Shown here: positions 17,409-25,969 of the stretch, piece by piece
Position numbering within the stretch: the stretch's first letter is position 1
Layout: each line of letters opens with the position of its first letter
NCBI GenBank assembly: GCA_041859005.1
Contig: JBHELA010000368.1
Span: 1-49,703 of the forward strand
Reading direction: 5' to 3'
Source of the DNA: Ignavibacteria bacterium
Lineage (GTDB): Bacteria > Bacteroidota > Ignavibacteria > Tepidaquicellales > Tepidaquicellaceae
DNA: 49,703 bases
The notes under the pieces: model-generated
Database searches by the model: none
What the model was told of the DNA's origin: nothing
The model's input: only the letters and a program-made list of their open reading frames with translations
Made by a program: the position numbers and the translations under genes

Positions 17409-17861
17409 TTAGTTACGATGTAAACCTTTACAACCCGAGTCTTCTTTGCATGACGCGAATACCTGAAGAGAGTGATCGAAAAGTATCATATTTTTTGAGT
17501 TGCAGAGTTTCAACAGCGTTTTTTCGATGGAATTATTCTCAAATTCGATTATTTTATTGCATTTGAGGCAAATAATATGGTAATGGTTTCTTCTACCGAA
17601 CTTCTTCTCGTATCGAGCTCTGTCCCCTTTGAAATTATGCTTAGTTAGAATCTTACATCGGCTCATTAGTTCAAGCGTATTGTAAACAGTAGCCCTTGAA
17701 ACTTTGATATAGTCACTTTTCATTTTGCTGTACAATTCATCTGCATCGAAATGATTATCCATAGAAAGAGCAGAATCAAGAATAAGGAATCTTTCGTTCG
17801 TAATTCTGTGATTGTTTTTCTTTAAATATTCTATAAAGCTATTTTTAATCCGGTCTTTCAA
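17409..17861 (-). CDS. Fur-family metalloregulator (Fur/PerR/Zur not distinguishable)
   Basis: Winged-helix motif VSRATVYNTLELM, HYHIICLKCNKIIEF and HSLQVF. The start lies 1 nt after the lat stop. Confidence 0.85.
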   Translation of the reverse strand: MKDRIKNSFIEYLKKNNHRITNERFLILDSALSMDNHFDADELYSKMKSDYIKVSRATVYNTLELMSRCKILTKHNFKGDRARYEKKFGRRNHYHIICLKCNKIIEFENNSIEKTLLKLCNSKNMILFDHSLQVFASCKEDSGCKGLHRN

Positions 17862-17862
17862 A

Positions 17863-19188
17863 TCATAGATTATTAATTACTTTATCAAGAATTATGAATG
17901 CCTCATCAATGTGTTCTTTTGTAACCGTCACAGGTGGTCTGAATCTTATACTGTGGCTCCCGCAGCCAAGAATCATAAGTCCGTTCTTTAATGATTCAGT
18001 GGCAATCTTATTTCTTAAATCAGTGCTGGAAGCATCAAATGCTGCAAATAGTCCGAGTCCTCTGGGAGAAGTAATCTTATCGGGATATTTATTGCATATT
18101 GTTTCCATCTTAGTCTTTAGGTAATCACCGTTGATTCTGCAATTCTCTACTAGGTTTTCTTCTTCAATAACTTCAAGTATTCTCTTAAACCGGTACATGT
18201 CAACGATATTGCCTCCCCAGGTAGAGTTTATTCTGCTGGATTTCCGGAATACGTTTTCTTCAATTTCATCCATTCTGTCTGTTGCAAGGACACCGCAAAC
18301 CTGAGTTTTCTTTCCGAATGATATCAGGTCTGGCTTTACAAAATGCTGGTGTGCCCACCATTTACCCGTAAGAGCAATTCCTGTTTGCACTTCATCAAAA
18401 ATAAGAAGAATTTCGTTTTCATTGCATATCTGCCTTAACTGAATGAAGAACTCTTTCCTGAAATGATTATCTCCGCCCTCGCCCTGTATGGGTTCAATAA
18501 TTATCGCGGCAATATCGTCTTTATTCTCTGAAATTGCTTTCTTTATTTCAGCAATTGATTTATTCTCTGCTTCAATAACTTTAGCAAGATTCTCATCATT
18601 CAGAGGGAATAATATTTTAGGATTAGAAATTCTGGGCCAGTTAAATTTTGGGAAATATGCAATTTTGACAGGGTCTGTATTAGTCATTGAGAGTGTATAT
18701 CCTGAACGTCCATGGAATGCCTCTTTAAAGTGGATTATCTGATGACCTTTTTCTTCTTTATAGCCTTTAGCAAAATTCTTTTGCACCTTCCAGTCAAATG
18801 CAGCTTTTATAGCATTCTCAACCGCAAGCGTACCACCCTCTATGAAGAAAGAATACTTGAAATATGATGGAACAGCAATGTTGAAAAATGTTTCGACAAA
18901 CTCAGCCTGTTCCTGAGCATAAATATCTGATAGTGATGGTTTATTAAGTGCGAGTTTTCCAATTTTGTTAATAAACTCCGGATTGTTAAGCTTCGGATGG
19001 TTCATACCTAGCGGATTCGAAGCAACAAATGTGAAAAAATCGAGAAGATATTTCTTACTTTTTGAATCGTAGAGATAACCATGATTTGACTTATCCAGGT
19101 CGAGAATAATATCAAAACCATCGACCAGCATGTGCTTTCTTAAAAATTCCTGTACTTTTTCGGGCTGAATAGAAACAACTTTTTGCAT
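17863..19188 (-). CDS. lat: Class-III aminotransferase, L-lysine 6-transaminase-like
   Basis: The N-terminus HMLVDGFDIILDLDKSNHGYLYD...FFTFVASNPLGMNHP resembles the LAT family. FDEVQTG and the PLP-lysine region SFGKK are present. Confidence 0.65.
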   Translation of the reverse strand: MQKVVSIQPEKVQEFLRKHMLVDGFDIILDLDKSNHGYLYDSKSKKYLLDFFTFVASNPLGMNHPKLNNPEFINKIGKLALNKPSLSDIYAQEQAEFVETFFNIAVPSYFKYSFFIEGGTLAVENAIKAAFDWKVQKNFAKGYKEEKGHQIIHFKEAFHGRSGYTLSMTNTDPVKIAYFPKFNWPRISNPKILFPLNDENLAKVIEAENKSIAEIKKAISENKDDIAAIIIEPIQGEGGDNHFRKEFFIQLRQICNENEILLIFDEVQTGIALTGKWWAHQHFVKPDLISFGKKTQVCGVLATDRMDEIEENVFRKSSRINSTWGGNIVDMYRFKRILEVIEEENLVENCRINGDYLKTKMETICNKYPDKITSPRGLGLFAAFDASSTDLRNKIATESLKNGLMILGCGSHSIRFRPPVTVTKEHIDEAFIILDKVINNL

Positions 19189-19227
19189 ATTACTCCTAAT
19201 TTAAAATATGAATGAATTATTATTGTT

Positions 19228-20217
19228 TTAATGAATGCTTCCGATGATGAAGCATTTCTCTTTTCTTTTATTCCAGAAACTGCAGTAACTATTTGCTTTG
19301 TTTGAGGGTAGAATTGCAATGAGTCCAATACCGAGATTGAATGTTTCACGCATAACGTTTTCCGAAACACTGCCTTTCTTTTGAATCAAATCATAAATCG
19401 TCGGACGTTTCCACGAAGACCAGTCGATTTCAAGCATAAGGTTTTTGGGAATTACTCTTCTTGTATTACCAACAATACCTCCACCCGTAATATGGGAAAA
19501 TGAGTTAACAGCAAATCGTTTTAAAGATATTTGTATAATATCTAAATAAGATTTATGAACTTTGAGAAGTTCTTTCCCAAGTGTATTTTTTAATTCCGGA
19601 AAATATTTCTTATAATCATTATTTTTGAAAATCTTTCTGACTAGTGAATATCCGTTTGTGTGAAGTCCTGTTGACTTGAATCCAACCAGAATATCTCCTT
19701 TATTAACATTCGAAGATGTGACAATCTTCTTCCTATCAACTACACCAACTATTGTACCTGCAAGGTCAAAATCATTATGAGAATATACGCCAGGCATTTC
19801 TGCGGTTTCACCACCAATTAAGGACATTGAATTATTTAAGCAACCTCGAACAAGACCTTTTATTATCTTGACGGAATTATTTACGTCCAATTTTCGCATT
19901 GCGTAGTAATCAAGAAAGTACAGGGGAACTGCACCGCATACTGCAATATCGTTTACGCAATGATTAATTAAATCTTCTCCGACTGTATCATATCTATTAA
20001 GTATGGCAGCTATTTTAACCTTGGTACCAACGCCATCTGTACTTGAGACAAAGACAGGCTTTAAGTATTTTTCGAGGTTAAGTTCGTAGAAAGCACCGAA
20101 ATTTCCTATTCCGGATAACACATTTTTATTAAAAGTTTGCTTAACGAGCGGTTTTATCCGATCTACAAATTTTTCTGCTTTATGAATATTTACTCCTGAG
20201 GATTTATAAGAAGTCAT
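19228..20217 (-). CDS. purM: Phosphoribosylformylglycinamidine cyclo-ligase (AIR synthetase)
   Basis: YKSSGVNI...GIGNFGAFYEL...STDGVGTK...DYYA...GGETAEMPGVY motifs. Confidence 0.92.
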   Translation of the reverse strand: MTSYKSSGVNIHKAEKFVDRIKPLVKQTFNKNVLSGIGNFGAFYELNLEKYLKPVFVSSTDGVGTKVKIAAILNRYDTVGEDLINHCVNDIAVCGAVPLYFLDYYAMRKLDVNNSVKIIKGLVRGCLNNSMSLIGGETAEMPGVYSHNDFDLAGTIVGVVDRKKIVTSSNVNKGDILVGFKSTGLHTNGYSLVRKIFKNNDYKKYFPELKNTLGKELLKVHKSYLDIIQISLKRFAVNSFSHITGGGIVGNTRRVIPKNLMLEIDWSSWKRPTIYDLIQKKGSVSENVMRETFNLGIGLIAILPSNKANSYCSFWNKRKEKCFIIGSIH

Positions 20218-20349
20218 ATTACAAGTTAGCTATAAAATAGCCCTTTTTCAATTCATTTTGAGAGTAAACTGCGTAATTATATCACATTTACTTAAAATGA
20301 GTATAAAATGAGATAAGCTTGGTCAAATGTCATTACGTGATGTTTTTAC

Positions 20350-20519
20350 AGTTTAAACCTGCTTTACTGCTTCATCAGGGCATATGTTTGTAATACACTT
20401 GCACCATAAGAGAATGGTATGTTTATGGTATGTTAATGGGATATTCATGGTATGTTGATGGGATGTTAAAATAAAAAGTTGTTATTTCAGTATGTTATAG
20501 CGTAGTTATTTTTTATAAA
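20350..20519 (-). repeat. Dispersed non-coding element, copy B (five 11-nt repeats at 20410-20464, minus strand)
   Basis: The minus strand reads ATCCCATCAAC ATACCATGAAT ATCCCATTAAC ATACCATAAAC ATACCATTCTC. TTTATAAAAAA, GGTGC and ACATATG are at the same offsets as in copy A. No ORF covers it. Confidence 0.6.
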
Positions 20520-20638
20520 CTTAAACACGGTTAATATTTCTCACAAACCATGAGCTTTAACAGTAGTTCAAATATACAAAAAATATAAATAAAAGTAAAG
20601 CCCTAATATGGAATAAAATTAGAAAAGTATTAACGAAA

Positions 20639-21439
20639 TTATTTCACAAATTTGTCCAGTACAACAATAAACTCAGCTTTAGGTTTGTTATCCCCAAAAA
20701 GGTCAGTAAGTTGTGAAAGAATTTCGTTTGGTTTCCCACGTAATTGTTTTTCATCTTTGCTTGAAAGATTCAAGGCAAGAAAAATATCTCGTTCGGGTAC
20801 AATAACTGTTAAATCATTAATAAGATTAGAAAGACGATAAGGTGTATCCATTAAAATAACGGGAAATGGAAGTGTAGATATTTTTTTGAGTTCTTTGAGT
20901 CTAACCTCATTTTTAGGAGATAGAAATCCATAGAAATAGAAACGGCTGATATCAAAACCTGATATTGTTACCGCAGAAATAACAGAATTAGCACCGTGAA
21001 TGAAATCAATCTCTATATTGTTTTGAATGCAAGCATTAACAAGACTGAGTCCCGGGTCAGCAAAAGCAGGTGTTCCGCAGTCTGATATTAATGTAACATT
21101 TTTTCCAGATAAAAGGACATTAATGTATTCATGAACAGCATCTTTTTCATTGTGTTCATTTAAAAGATGCATTTCCTTTTTAATTCCAAAGAACCTTAAA
21201 AGCTTTGAGGATTCCTTCAAATCTTCACAGAGTAGATATTCAGATTCTCTAATTGATTTTAATGCGCGAAAAGTTATGTCATGATAATCACCGATAGGAG
21301 TTGTTACGAGTATTAGTCTACCCAGTGAAGATTCTGATTTATTGGATTTTAAACTGAATGCTTTTTCTTTCTCAAAATTGAAAACCTGAATCTCGCTGAA
21401 TGATTTTTGCCGCAATTTCTTATTTGCCCGTGCTGCCAT
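20639..21439 (-). CDS. rsmI: 16S rRNA (cytidine1402-2'-O)-methyltransferase RsmI
   Basis: Tetrapyrrole-methylase fold motifs LILVTTPIGDYHDITFRAL...LLCEDLKESSKLL...SDCGTPAFADPG. The start is uncertain. The longest ORF (to 21538) overlaps dut by 119 nt, so I chose the internal Met at 21439. Confidence 0.75.
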   Translation of the reverse strand: MAARANKKLRQKSFSEIQVFNFEKEKAFSLKSNKSESSLGRLILVTTPIGDYHDITFRALKSIRESEYLLCEDLKESSKLLRFFGIKKEMHLLNEHNEKDAVHEYINVLLSGKNVTLISDCGTPAFADPGLSLVNACIQNNIEIDFIHGANSVISAVTISGFDISRFYFYGFLSPKNEVRLKELKKISTLPFPVILMDTPYRLSNLINDLTVIVPERDIFLALNLSSKDEKQLRGKPNEILSQLTDLFGDNKPKAEFIVVLDKFVK

Positions 21440-21860
21440 AACCTCCTGCACCTCTTTCTGTATCTGAAATATTGTCATCAAATTCGAGGGATACATTCTC
21501 ATGCTTAGAAATAATAAGCTGGGCAATTCTGTCTCCAAAATTAACCTCGAAATCTTTAAATCCTTGATTAATGAGCAGTACTTTTACTTCTCCTCTATAA
21601 TCAGAATCAATAGTACCTGGAGAATTTAATACAGTTATCCCATGCTTTAAAGCGAGTCCGCTTCTTGGTCTAACTTGACCTTCATAGCCCCGAGGAATTT
21701 CGAAAATCAAATTTGTGGGTATAAGAGTGAATTGACCAGATTTAATAATTATGGTATCAGATGAAGAAGAGGCAAGATCCATACCTGAGGAATCTAAAGT
21801 AGCATATTGGGGAATAACACAGTCTGCTTCTTTATTAAATTTTGTTATTTTAATTTTCAT
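21420..21860 (-). CDS. dut: dUTP diphosphatase
   Basis: GMDLAS, RSGLALKHGI and GTIDSDYRGEV motifs. Confidence 0.92.
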   Translation of the reverse strand: MKIKITKFNKEADCVIPQYATLDSSGMDLASSSSDTIIIKSGQFTLIPTNLIFEIPRGYEGQVRPRSGLALKHGITVLNSPGTIDSDYRGEVKVLLINQGFKDFEVNFGDRIAQLIISKHENVSLEFDDNISDTERGAGGYGSTGK

Positions 21861-21862
21861 AA

Positions 21863-21896
21863 ATAAAAAAGGCTGTCATTTTTATAACTGACAGCC
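21863..21896 (-). terminator. Rho-independent terminator after the DUF4190-like gene
   Basis: ggctgtca-N10-tgacagcc stem followed on the minus strand by a T-run. Confidence 0.6.
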
Positions 21897-21911
21897 ATAT
21901 TTAAAAATATT

Positions 21912-22301
21912 TTAACTTTCCATCAATGCTGCGAAACCACCGAGCATCAAAATAATAAGTACTACGATTAATGCAAGAATTCCAACGATGACCTGAATGA
22001 TTCCAAGCCACATTCCAATTTGTGCCATTGTCTTTCCAGCAGAGTCAGACTGACCGGCGTTTATTGCGCTGATTTCCTTTTTACCAATAATCCATGCCGG
22101 TATAGCTGCGAAAATACCACAAGCAACCCATGATAAGATACCGAGTACAAGAGCCCAGATTGCACTGCTGCTCGCTTTACCTGATGATGAATAATTTCCG
22201 CTTCCTCCCATAGTCGGTTGTGGAGGGGGAGGAGGAGGTGGTGGTGGTGGCGGAGGAGTAAATGAAGAACCGCTGTCCTGAAAGTGTAAGTTATTGTCCA
22301 T
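21912..22301 (-). CDS. Membrane protein with 12-proline tract (DUF4190-like)
   Basis: The N-terminal soluble part contains P12-Q-P. Hydrophobic helices (IWALVLGILSWVACGIF..., IGMWLGIIQVIVGILALIVVLIIL) follow. Confidence 0.6.
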   Translation of the reverse strand: MDNNLHFQDSGSSFTPPPPPPPPPPPPQPTMGGSGNYSSSGKASSSAIWALVLGILSWVACGIFAAIPAWIIGKKEISAINAGQSDSAGKTMAQIGMWLGIIQVIVGILALIVVLIILMLGGFAALMES

Positions 22302-22443
22302 AATAATATAAATTTAATTAAATAAGGTTTAGCAAATATATATGTTTTTATTAAGTTAATCAAGATTTATTATTTATCACAATTCATTTCTCAAATCCAA
22401 ACTGTCACGTGAGATTAATAAGTATGTGAAGTGTAATTATTTA

Positions 22444-23211
22444 TTAGAAAGCTTTTTTAAACAGTCTGCGGGTATTTGCCTCAAGATTATCTTCAAGAAT
22501 CTTTAAATCTGTATTTTTTATTTCTGATATCTTTTTGATTGTATTAACAACAAACGCAGGCTGATTTTTCTTACCACGATGAGGAACAGGTGTGAGAAAA
22601 GGGGAATCGGTCTCAGCAAGAAGTTTTTCCAAAGGAGCATTTTTTACAACATCGATGGAATCAAAATTCTTGTACGTTATATTCCCGCAAAAAGAAACGA
22701 AATAGGAATTAAAATTTAAAACATCTTCAAGGTCTTTTTCATCACCGGAAAAACAATGAAATTGTCCGCTGCATTTGTAGGATGATTCTTCGATAATTCT
22801 TATTGCATCTTTTATGGAATCTCGTGTATGAATGACTACCGGTAAATCATATTTTTCAGACAGTTCAAGATGCCTTTTAAAAAAGTCAATCTGTTTATCT
22901 TTATAAGTTTTATCCCAGTAATAATCAAGACCAGTCTCACCAATTCCGACTACCTTATCTTCATTTAGATAGTTTTCGAGAGTTTGAAAGTCTTTTTCGG
23001 AGAGTTTTGTTATATCGCATGGGTGAAAACCTATAACGGCATAAATAATTTCATGGATTGCCGAAAGGTTTAGTATCTTTTCGGAAGTTTCTAAATCTAT
23101 CGCGGGAACAATAATCTTTTTGATTCCGGATTGAAGAGAGTTATCGATTATTTCATTAATATTTTCTGATAATTCCGGATAATACAAGTGGGCATGAGTA
23201 TCAATAATCAT
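22444..23211 (-). CDS. tatD: TatD-family metal-dependent hydrolase
   Basis: IDTHAHL at the N-terminus, GETGLDY, VVIHTRD and ETDSPFL motifs. Confidence 0.88.
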   Translation of the reverse strand: MIIDTHAHLYYPELSENINEIIDNSLQSGIKKIIVPAIDLETSEKILNLSAIHEIIYAVIGFHPCDITKLSEKDFQTLENYLNEDKVVGIGETGLDYYWDKTYKDKQIDFFKRHLELSEKYDLPVVIHTRDSIKDAIRIIEESSYKCSGQFHCFSGDEKDLEDVLNFNSYFVSFCGNITYKNFDSIDVVKNAPLEKLLAETDSPFLTPVPHRGKKNQPAFVVNTIKKISEIKNTDLKILEDNLEANTRRLFKKAF

Positions 23212-23899
23212 TAATAAGAATTTTTAAATAATTTGAAAATACTTTGTATGCATTGTTACCCGCTGTAACCACTTCATCGTGAGTTATACGATTATTTACG
23301 CCAAAATACAGCATGTTTGTAATGCATGAAATACCAAGTGTTTTAATTCCGAGTTCATTTGCTTTTAATATATCCGGAATCGTTGACATTCCAACGCAAT
23401 CAGCTCCTGCTTTTCTAATAAAATTTATTTCGGATTGCGTTTCGTAAACAGGACCGAATGAAGCATAGTAATTACCCTCGTGAACTTTTATGCTATTTAA
23501 TTCAGCTTTTTCTTTTGCCCAATTTAAAAGAACGCTATCAAAACACAGATTCTGCTTATCTACAAGCGGTCTATGAAAAAAGTTAATATGCGACTTAATA
23601 AGCATAAGTTCAGACACATTATAATTCGGATTAAGCCCGCCGGCTGCATTTGTTACGATAATGAAGTCAACATTCATATCTTTTGCAATTGAAACATTCC
23701 TGAATACTTTATCCCGAGAATGTGTTTCATAAAAATGATTTCTTCCGGTAAATAATACAATACTCTTGTTTCCAATTTTACCTTCAATAACCTGCTTTTC
23801 GTGAATTCCTCCGATTTCGGAATAAACTATGTTTGCGCACGAAATTTCGTTTTTAAATTTTGTAAGACCGGAACCTAATATGACAGCAATTTTTGACAT
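23201..23899 (-). CDS. Purine nucleoside phosphorylase (PNP/MTAP family)
   Basis: GSGL, GRNHFYE, TNAAGGLN, GPVYETQSE and CVGMSTIPD motifs. Shorter (232 aa) than typical PunA. Confidence 0.8.
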   Translation of the reverse strand: MSKIAVILGSGLTKFKNEISCANIVYSEIGGIHEKQVIEGKIGNKSIVLFTGRNHFYETHSRDKVFRNVSIAKDMNVDFIIVTNAAGGLNPNYNVSELMLIKSHINFFHRPLVDKQNLCFDSVLLNWAKEKAELNSIKVHEGNYYASFGPVYETQSEINFIRKAGADCVGMSTIPDILKANELGIKTLGISCITNMLYFGVNNRITHDEVVTAGNNAYKVFSNYLKILINDY

Positions 23900-24213
23900 T
23901 CAAGAAATATAAATATTTTATTTCTGAAAGTTAATTCATATATTATTATTGTTGGATAAAAATAAAGAATTCATTGCATGAAGTTGAGTAATAAAATTAA
24001 CAGAAATCATGTTATTATTTTTAATTATTTTTATCTTGCTATTTGTTTATATTAAACCCATATTATGCCAAGTATAAATAGTTATTTGTAATAAGTTTGT
24101 TTAACCGCTACGAAGAAATCTTCTTAGTTCTGCAGGTCTACTCTTTAAAAGATATCCCTCAGATAGATTAAAATAAACACAATCACACTTAGCATTTTAT
24201 ATGAAAATGTTTA

Positions 24214-24228
24214 TCCGGATTATCCGGA
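24214..24228 (+). promoter_or_regulatory. Hairpin TCCGGA-tta-TCCGGA in the cspA leader region
   Basis: Tandem TTATCCGGA units. Each TCCGGA is self-complementary, giving a 6-bp stem 37 nt upstream of the cspA ATG. Confidence 0.3.
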
Positions 24229-24264
24229 AGTTAAAAAATTAATAATTTCTTGAAAGGAAATGTA

Positions 24265-24465
24265 ATGGAAAAAGGAACTGTAAAATGGTTCAACTCCTCA
24301 AAAGGTTTTGGATTTATCACCGTAGCCGGTAAAAAAGATGTATTTGTACATTTTAACGCAATTTTAGGCGATGGCTATAAAACTCTTAACGAAGGCGACA
24401 CAGTCGAATTCGAAATAGAAGACGGACCAAAGGGACCTCAGGCAGCAAATGTTACAAAACTTTAA
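24265..24465 (+). CDS. cspA: Cold-shock protein (CspA family)
   Basis: [18 protein letters not shown]...DVFVHF contains the RNP1 and RNP2 motifs. AGGAA lies upstream of the ATG at 24265. Confidence 0.92.
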   Translation: MEKGTVKWFNSSKGFGFITVAGKKDVFVHFNAILGDGYKTLNEGDTVEFEIEDGPKGPQAANVTKL

Positions 24466-24513
24466 AACTAATATTATTTAGAATATATAGTAATTGTTAC
24501 AATTTGTATGGAA

Positions 24514-24545
24514 GGGTTGCCGGAAACGGCAACCCTTTTTTTATT
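24514..24545 (+). terminator. Rho-independent terminator of cspA
   Basis: gggttgccg-gaaa-cggcaaccc followed by ttttttt. Confidence 0.75.
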
Positions 24546-24672
24546 TTCTTAAAATTACAATTGGCTGTCAAAATAAGCCAATTAACGCAAAAAAATAGGG
24601 GTTTTTGAATTTCTAAAGAACTAAACTTTTGGTATATTTGTTGAGTTAGATATATTAATAAATATTGATTAA

Positions 24673-25158
24673 ATGGACGCAAAATATCTAATTGAACTAT
24701 CTAAAGACTTTTTTGAAAAAGCGTATAAGCTTCAAATGTCAGGTGATTATGAGCAGGCAATAGAGCATTACAGAAAGTCTCTTGATTACTATCCAACAGC
24801 TGAAGCTTATACATTTTTAGGATGGGCTTTAAGTTCACAGGGAGATTATGAAAGTGCAATTGAAGAATGCAAGTGCGCTATCGAATTAGACCCTGATTAC
24901 GGTAATCCCTACAATGATATAGGAGCGTATTTGATTAGGTTACGAAGATATGAAGAGGCAATTGCGTGGCTAGAGCTTGCTATTAAAGCAGAAAAATACG
25001 ATAACAGGGAGTTTGCTCATTACAATCTTGGTGTTGTTTACGAAAAACTTGGATTATGGTTTGAAGCTTTATCACAATATAAGAAAGCATTTACTGTAAA
25101 TTCCGGATATAAAATTGCTGAAAAAAATTATTACAGATTATTATCTTTAACAAATTAA
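24673..25158 (+). CDS. TPR-repeat protein
   Basis: Repeated A..Y...L...P..A.A motifs. Cytoplasmic (no signal peptide). Confidence 0.7.
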   Translation: MDAKYLIELSKDFFEKAYKLQMSGDYEQAIEHYRKSLDYYPTAEAYTFLGWALSSQGDYESAIEECKCAIELDPDYGNPYNDIGAYLIRLRRYEEAIAWLELAIKAEKYDNREFAHYNLGVVYEKLGLWFEALSQYKKAFTVNSGYKIAEKNYYRLLSLTN

Positions 25159-25166
25159 AATATAAT

Positions 25167-25907
25167 ATGAAAAAATTATTACTTCTATTGTTGTTTTTAA
25201 TTATTACTACAGGTTTTGCCAAATCTCAATCTTTTACGTTTCAAAGAATTACACCCGCAATTGTTAACGGCGATACATCATTTTTAGTTGCCACTAAAAC
25301 GAAAGCTGCCTTCAAGAATACCGGCAGTGCTAACCTTAATTTCACTTTTTTCAGAATTCTTAACGAACTTCCGGCTCCTGATTGGTCAACAAGCATGTGC
25401 CTTAGAGGATTCTGTTACGCGCCTTTCTTGGATTCAGTACCTCCGAGTTCAAATCCTTTGACAATCCAGCCCGGACAGCAGGATACTTTAGAAATATATT
25501 TTAACGGTATTTCAATTGGTACCGGTAGAATTATTATTAAAGCATGGGTAAACGGCAATCCAAGTAATTTTTTGACTGATACTTTTCAGGTTCACTTAGG
25601 TCCAGTAGGGATACGACAGATTTCGAGCGTAGTAGATGGATACAAACTGGAACAGAATTATCCTAACCCGTTCAATCCAGCGACTAAAATAAATTTTTCT
25701 ATTGGAAAGAGGGAAAATATTTCACTTAAAGTTTATGATATTCTTGGCAATGAAGTTGCCAATTTAATAAACAATGAAGCAGTATCCGCAGGGAAATATA
25801 CTTATGATTTTAATTCGTCAGAATTTAATCTTTCTTCGGGAGTTTATTATTATACGTTAAAAACGGAATCGTTTACTTCAACGAAGAAAATGCTTTTGAT
25901 AAAGTAA
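25167..25907 (+). CDS. Secreted protein with T9SS C-terminal sorting domain
   Basis: Signal peptide. C-terminus EQNYPNPFNPATKINF...LKVYDILGNEV...SGVYYYTLK. Confidence 0.7.
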   Translation: MKKLLLLLLFLIITTGFAKSQSFTFQRITPAIVNGDTSFLVATKTKAAFKNTGSANLNFTFFRILNELPAPDWSTSMCLRGFCYAPFLDSVPPSSNPLTIQPGQQDTLEIYFNGISIGTGRIIIKAWVNGNPSNFLTDTFQVHLGPVGIRQISSVVDGYKLEQNYPNPFNPATKINFSIGKRENISLKVYDILGNEVANLINNEAVSAGKYTYDFNSSEFNLSSGVYYYTLKTESFTSTKKMLLIK

Positions 25908-25969
25908 ATTTGCTGTATTGTTTCAACCGGTGTTCTATACCAAACAATCAAGAAAATATGATATAATAT

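Noticed and set aside
20218-20349. Purine or ZTP riboswitch upstream of purM
   Set aside because: I could find neither the conserved purine-riboswitch junction sequences nor the GC-rich ZTP pseudoknot motifs. The region is AT-rich and unstructured by eye.
2111-20519. The inverted element copies as ends of a composite transposon or genomic island
   Set aside because: The 18 kb between them is core housekeeping (pstCAB, ssrA, yidC, rnpA, rpmH, purM). It contains no transposase or integrase, and I saw no target-site duplication.
22061-22363. 100-aa alternative-frame ORF overlapping the poly-Pro membrane protein gene
   Set aside because: Its HHHH/LLL run is merely the frame-shifted reading of the proline-codon repeat. 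The other frame gives a coherent membrane protein.
24211-24228. Tandem TTATCCGGA as DnaA boxes
   Set aside because: It deviates from TTATCCACA at the critical 3' positions. It sits directly upstream of cspA, where a leader hairpin is the simpler explanation.
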